A DNA stretch of 64,000 nucleotides from IMG/VR virus record IMGVR_UViG_3300043467_001216; one strand, given 5' to 3'. The notes beneath the pieces were generated by a model, which saw nothing but the letters and a program-made list of their open reading frames with translations, ran no database searches and had not been told where the DNA came from. Positions 59,804-64,000 of the stretch are shown here, one piece after another (position 1 is the stretch's first letter; every line of letters begins with the position of its first letter). This stretch comes from a virus (Duplodnaviria > Heunggongvirae > Uroviricota > Caudoviricetes). The translations under genes and the position numbers were made by a program.

Positions 59804-60577
59804 TTATAATTTACCTTTATTTTCTTCGTAATCGTCGAATTTTTGTTCGATGATTTTTATAATCTTGTTTCTTACAATTTCATCAGGATTATTTAATGAA
59901 ACACAACCAAACTCAGACTCGTCTTCAAACATTTTATAGACAATTTCTAATGAAGATTCTTTTTTATTTCTGATGTCTTTTTGTTTTGTATCACCAAGAA
60001 TTACCATTTTAGAATTATCACCAATTCTAGTTAGTAATGTCTTCATATTTTCTAATGTTATATTTTGACACTCATCCGCAATGATAATTGAATTATCAAT
60101 TGAACGTCCCCTAATAAAAGCTAATGGTTGTATTTTTATAATACCGGATTCCCTTAACTTATTAGTAATTTCTTCACCAACAATTTTCTCAAAGTTATCA
60201 ATAAATGAAATCATAAATGGTTCTAACTTTTCTTTAATATCACCGGGTAAGAAACCTGTTTCTTCACCTTTTAATTGTGTTACTGACTTAACTAAAATGA
60301 TTTGTTTAAATTCGTGATTTTTAACCATTTTAAGAGCTTCAGCACACGCTAAGAAAGTCTTACCCGTTCCAGGTAAACCTGAGACGATTGTAATTTCTTT
60401 TTCCTTAATAGTTTTGATTAATTTTTTTTGAGTCTCGTTTTTACATTGGACTCTCACACTGATGTGGTCTAAAAGTTTAGCAGTATCAAATTCTTTTTTA
60501 TCAACTACTAAAACTTTTGTTGGTAATTTCTCAACCTCAGATGTTGGGGTTGTAATTGGTTTTCTACCTCTACCCAT
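59804..60577 (-). CDS. phoH: PhoH-like ATPase
   Basis: GLPGTGKT; GFLPGD..EK; LAFIRGRS; DECQN; LTRIG; GD..Q.D. Confidence 0.93.
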   Translation of the reverse strand: MGRGRKPITTPTSEVEKLPTKVLVVDKKEFDTAKLLDHISVRVQCKNETQKKLIKTIKEKEITIVSGLPGTGKTFLACAEALKMVKNHEFKQIILVKSVTQLKGEETGFLPGDIKEKLEPFMISFIDNFEKIVGEEITNKLRESGIIKIQPLAFIRGRSIDNSIIIADECQNITLENMKTLLTRIGDNSKMVILGDTKQKDIRNKKESSLEIVYKMFEDESEFGCVSLNNPDEIVRNKIIKIIEQKFDDYEENKGKL

Positions 60578-60661
60578 ATAATTTTTTTTTATAACAATAA
60601 ATAGTTAATATATTAAAAATACAATAACTATTTAAATTCATCAATTTTTGATTCTTATTTA

Positions 60662-62176
60662 TTATTGTACAACGTCAATAAATTGTTTAAAATATTTATT
60701 GTTTTTATAAATAAAAGGTAATAACGTATTATTTAAGTCTTTACCCATAGTTTCATTATGATTACTTAATTCTTTTCTTGTCTGACTTTCGTAATGATAT
60801 GCAACTAAAGAACCGTCAAAAACATTTTCAAAACCTAAAATTATTAATTTTAAATTTAATTCAACGTCTTCAAAACAATTATTATAATCTTCATTAAACA
60901 TTCCGGCATTTATAAATGATTTTCTTCTAACACCCAATAATGCACCTGTTGACCCGATACCGTTTTTATTACTAATTGTGTAATTAAAATAATTACCTAA
61001 CCCATAATGTGTTAAACCTAAGCTATTATTTTTTTGATTGAAAAATATTCTTACACCGTCGTGTTGTACTGTATTATCCTCAAAATGTAATCGACAACCA
61101 ATTGTACCGGTTTTAAGTTTTTCTTTAAACGTTTTTAACATACCATAAACAACATTATTTAATAATTTGATATCGTTGTTACAAAACAATAAAAACTCAT
61201 ATTCATCACCAATATGATTTTTAACCACTTCATTATTAATTTTGGCAAAATTATAATAATCAAACTCAAGTAATTTGATGTTACCCATATTTAAAATATT
61301 ATTTCTAATCCAATCTTTTTCTTCGTTAGTTGACCCTGTGTCAGCAATGTAGATATCAAATAAGTCAGAATTACAATACTGATAAAAAGAATTAACACAA
61401 TTAAGTAACATATCAACTTTACCTTTTGTTGGTATAATAACCGCCATTTTACCAATATTTTTTAATGGTTTTTCATTAATTGTTGGTACGAAAATAGTTT
61501 CAGGTTTTAATTCTAAGGGTAGGTTTTTACCATATTTTTTAAGGAATAATTCTTTTGATTGAAAAAATTCTTGATTTGGTTGACCGACTGATTGATGTGT
61601 TATTTCAAAGGACGATGTGACACCAATTTTAACACCTGACAAATAATTTGGTAAACAAAATAAATGGTCGTAGAAATGAAATCTACCAATTGATTCATCG
61701 AATTGATGTTTAATTTTTGTTTTATCAAACGATATAAATAAACCATCAATAGTTACTACTGGAATTAAAAATGGTAATTTTGGAGAGTATTTACTTAACC
61801 ATTTTTTAGACCCATCAGGGTGATGATAAACTTGACCGACCATTGTTTGATTCATCCTTTCCCAATAAACACCTGACTCAGGAAAATAACAACTACCCGC
61901 CTTACCAATAATCCCATAATCGGGATTACTATTGAAATCCTCTAATAATTTTTTACCCCAATTTTTCTCAAGTTTAATGTCATTATGACAACAAACGATA
62001 ATATTATTTTCCGAGATTTCTAACCCTAAATTATAAACTGTCGACAATGAATATTCATTTCGATTTTCGACTTCTAAAATCTGAGGATTTTTAACACCGA
62101 TAGATTCTAAAATATGTTTTTTAAATTTTTTATTATACTCAGAGTCTTTGTGAGTTGAATATATAACAGTTATCAT
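60662..62176 (-). CDS. two-domain glycosyltransferase family 2
   Basis: CHND and FCNNDI motifs; FEDVELNL; HYESQTR. Confidence 0.85.
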   Translation of the reverse strand: MITVIYSTHKDSEYNKKFKKHILESIGVKNPQILEVENRNEYSLSTVYNLGLEISENNIIVCCHNDIKLEKNWGKKLLEDFNSNPDYGIIGKAGSCYFPESGVYWERMNQTMVGQVYHHPDGSKKWLSKYSPKLPFLIPVVTIDGLFISFDKTKIKHQFDESIGRFHFYDHLFCLPNYLSGVKIGVTSSFEITHQSVGQPNQEFFQSKELFLKKYGKNLPLELKPETIFVPTINEKPLKNIGKMAVIIPTKGKVDMLLNCVNSFYQYCNSDLFDIYIADTGSTNEEKDWIRNNILNMGNIKLLEFDYYNFAKINNEVVKNHIGDEYEFLLFCNNDIKLLNNVVYGMLKTFKEKLKTGTIGCRLHFEDNTVQHDGVRIFFNQKNNSLGLTHYGLGNYFNYTISNKNGIGSTGALLGVRRKSFINAGMFNEDYNNCFEDVELNLKLIILGFENVFDGSLVAYHYESQTRKELSNHNETMGKDLNNTLLPFIYKNNKYFKQFIDVVQ

Positions 62177-62832
62177 ATTTTTTTAATTATAAATAAATTA
62201 CTACTTTTTAAATAAGGACAATTTGTTTTTTGTATTAAATCATATTGAATACTACCTATTATTTTATATTCATTTGGATTTAAATTTCTAACAATATCAT
62301 TAACCGCCCCGAAGACTTGAGGACAATACACATTATCCATATAATCATCAAAAACAATATAACCATTTTTTTTAACAATTTTTTCATAATTATTAAAATC
62401 ATTAATAACGTAACTCTCACTATGGTCTCCGTCAATATATAAGATATCAACATTATTTACCTTCTCATTAACTAATTTAACAATTTCATCATTTGCCGAA
62501 TCCCCTTCAATATGTTCATAAACACAATCATTATGTTTAAATCTATTAACATTATTTATTGGGACTTCTTTATTGATTGAGTCTCCGTTATCTAAACTAT
62601 ACGACTTTTTAACTTTAGGGTTACTTGACATTAATGACGCCGAAGCACCTGCATATGAACCAATTTCAAAGTATGTTACATCATCATGTTCAATTGAATT
62701 ACAGATGTCATATAATATATGGTTATGATTATGTAGTTGGTGAGCTCCAATATTATTAACAATATTATTTAATATATTTATTGATTCTTCAGTAATTTGA
62801 AACTCAAGTTCGTTTAATGTTTTATTCATCAT
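62173..62832 (-). CDS. class I SAM methyltransferase (Methyltransf_24-like), copy 2
   Basis: FEIGSYAGAS; IDGDHS; IVFDDY. Confidence 0.88.
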   Translation of the reverse strand: MMNKTLNELEFQITEESINILNNIVNNIGAHQLHNHNHILYDICNSIEHDDVTYFEIGSYAGASASLMSSNPKVKKSYSLDNGDSINKEVPINNVNRFKHNDCVYEHIEGDSANDEIVKLVNEKVNNVDILYIDGDHSESYVINDFNNYEKIVKKNGYIVFDDYMDNVYCPQVFGAVNDIVRNLNPNEYKIIGSIQYDLIQKTNCPYLKSSNLFIIKKI

Positions 62833-62848
62833 TTTTATTTAAGGGTTA

Positions 62849-63508
62849 TTATATTTTTTGAATTATAAATTCATTACTACTTTTTAAATAAGGACAATTT
62901 GTTTTTTGTATTAAATCATATTGAATACTACCTATTATCTTATATTCATCGGGATTTAATCCTCTAACAATGTCATTAACCGCACCAAAAACTTCTGGAC
63001 TATACACTTCATCCATATAATCATCAAAAACAATGTAACCATTTTTTTTAACAATTTTTTCATAATTATTAAAATCATTAATTACCGCATTTCTACTATG
63101 GTCACCATCAATAAATAAAATATCGACATTATTTACCTTTTCACTCACTAATTTAACAATTTCATTATTGGTCGAGTCACCTTCAATATATTCATACACA
63201 CAATCATTATGTTTAAATCTATTAACATTATTTATTGGTATTTGTTTATTAATTGGAACACCAATATCTAAACTATATGACTTTTTAACTTTAGGGTTAC
63301 TTGACATTAATGATGCCGAACCACCACCATACGCACCAATTTCAAAGTATGTTACATCATCATGTTCAATTGAATTACAGATGTCATATAAAATATGATA
63401 ATGGTTATGGAATGTTTTACCGTCCATTGTTGAGATAATCTCGTTTAAATTATTTATTGATTCTTCAGTAATTTGAAACTCAAGTTCGTTTAATGTTTTA
63501 TTCATCAT
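62849..63508 (-). CDS. class I SAM methyltransferase (Methyltransf_24-like), copy 1
   Basis: FEIGAYGGGS; IDGDHS; IVFDDY. Confidence 0.88.
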   Translation of the reverse strand: MMNKTLNELEFQITEESINNLNEIISTMDGKTFHNHYHILYDICNSIEHDDVTYFEIGAYGGGSASLMSSNPKVKKSYSLDIGVPINKQIPINNVNRFKHNDCVYEYIEGDSTNNEIVKLVSEKVNNVDILFIDGDHSRNAVINDFNNYEKIVKKNGYIVFDDYMDEVYSPEVFGAVNDIVRGLNPDEYKIIGSIQYDLIQKTNCPYLKSSNEFIIQKI

Positions 63509-63526
63509 TTTTATTTTTATTTTTAT

Positions 63527-64000
63527 TTAAGGTTTATGATACCCCTCTTCATCATGTCGACATGTTAATTTATTAATAAAGATACTCTTTAAATTTGACG
63601 ATTGTATCACCATTCGACATCTTTCCCATAAATCCGCATCAGCTGGTAACCCAACAAAGTTATTTAATTCAAATAAATCACGATATCTAAGAGGTATTGT
63701 TTTAAAATTCATACAAACTGAAGAATGTATTAATCCCGCATTTTTGGGGAGAAATTCGTGATATAGTTCAGAACTTTCAATGTTTGGTAAATACGAATGT
63801 TCATACGTTGATTTAGTACAAATCCAATCAGCATTTGTTTCTTCAATACATTTATTAATCTCAAATAAATGATTTGATAACCACCAATCATCGTGGTCTA
63901 AATGACAAATGTATTCATAACCATCGTTTAATGCTGCCTCAACCCCAATATTAGTTGCGTTTATACCCCCATATGACCATAATGCCCATTTATTATCAAT
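63527..64000 (-). CDS. glycosyltransferase family 2 (partial, start outside window)
   Basis: Frame open from window edge; YICHLDHDDWW; HSSV; DADLW. Confidence 0.8.
   Translation of the reverse strand: MDNKWALWSYGGINATNIGVEAALNDGYEYICHLDHDDWWLSNHLFEINKCIEETNADWICTKSTYEHSYLPNIESSELYHEFLPKNAGLIHSSVCMNFKTIPLRYRDLFELNNFVGLPADADLWERCRMVIQSSNLKSIFINKLTCRHDEEGYHKP

Noticed and set aside
34846-60317. Shadow ORFs antisense to or inside long genes (e.g. 34846, 35125, 42100, 45102, 45666, 54513, 60081)
   Set aside because: Fully nested in well-supported genes; they arise from low-complexity or biased codon patterns.

Overview
A low-GC window of a large T4-like (jumbo-type) tailed phage, probably infecting Bacteroidota. 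The host call rests on TTTG/TAnnTTTG sigma-A promoters, A-rich starts without Shine-Dalgarno, a T9SS-cargo-like gene, lipoproteins and a phage bS21. Standard genetic code. Main contents in order: late orphan/virion genes (0.1-6.7 kb); two tRNA operons with 26 tRNAs covering all 20 amino acids, interleaved with structured spacer RNAs, an acetyltransferase and an HNH endonuclease (8.4-14.5 kb); lysin-like genes; an RNA-repair island (cREC, phosphoesterase, Rnl2- and Rnl1-type ligases); M23 peptidases; a ~880-nt GOLLD-like ncRNA plus a CAT tRNA; tmRNA; ClpC; terminase, portal, bS21, prohead protease, scaffold and major capsid; a minus-strand block with baseplate-like, late sigma, glycosyltransferase, PhoH and methyltransferase genes. 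Headline finding: each tRNA operon is preceded by a short unannotated leader ORF and an intrinsic terminator with a perfect 8-bp antiterminator. The leader's central codons are exactly those decoded by that operon's own tRNAs: 24 consecutive codons use all 14 tRNAs of operon 1, and 14 consecutive codons use 10 of the 11 elongator tRNAs of operon 2. This suggests a ribosome-stalling attenuator that senses loss of any tRNA and induces the matching replacements. All calls were made by eye, without database searches.
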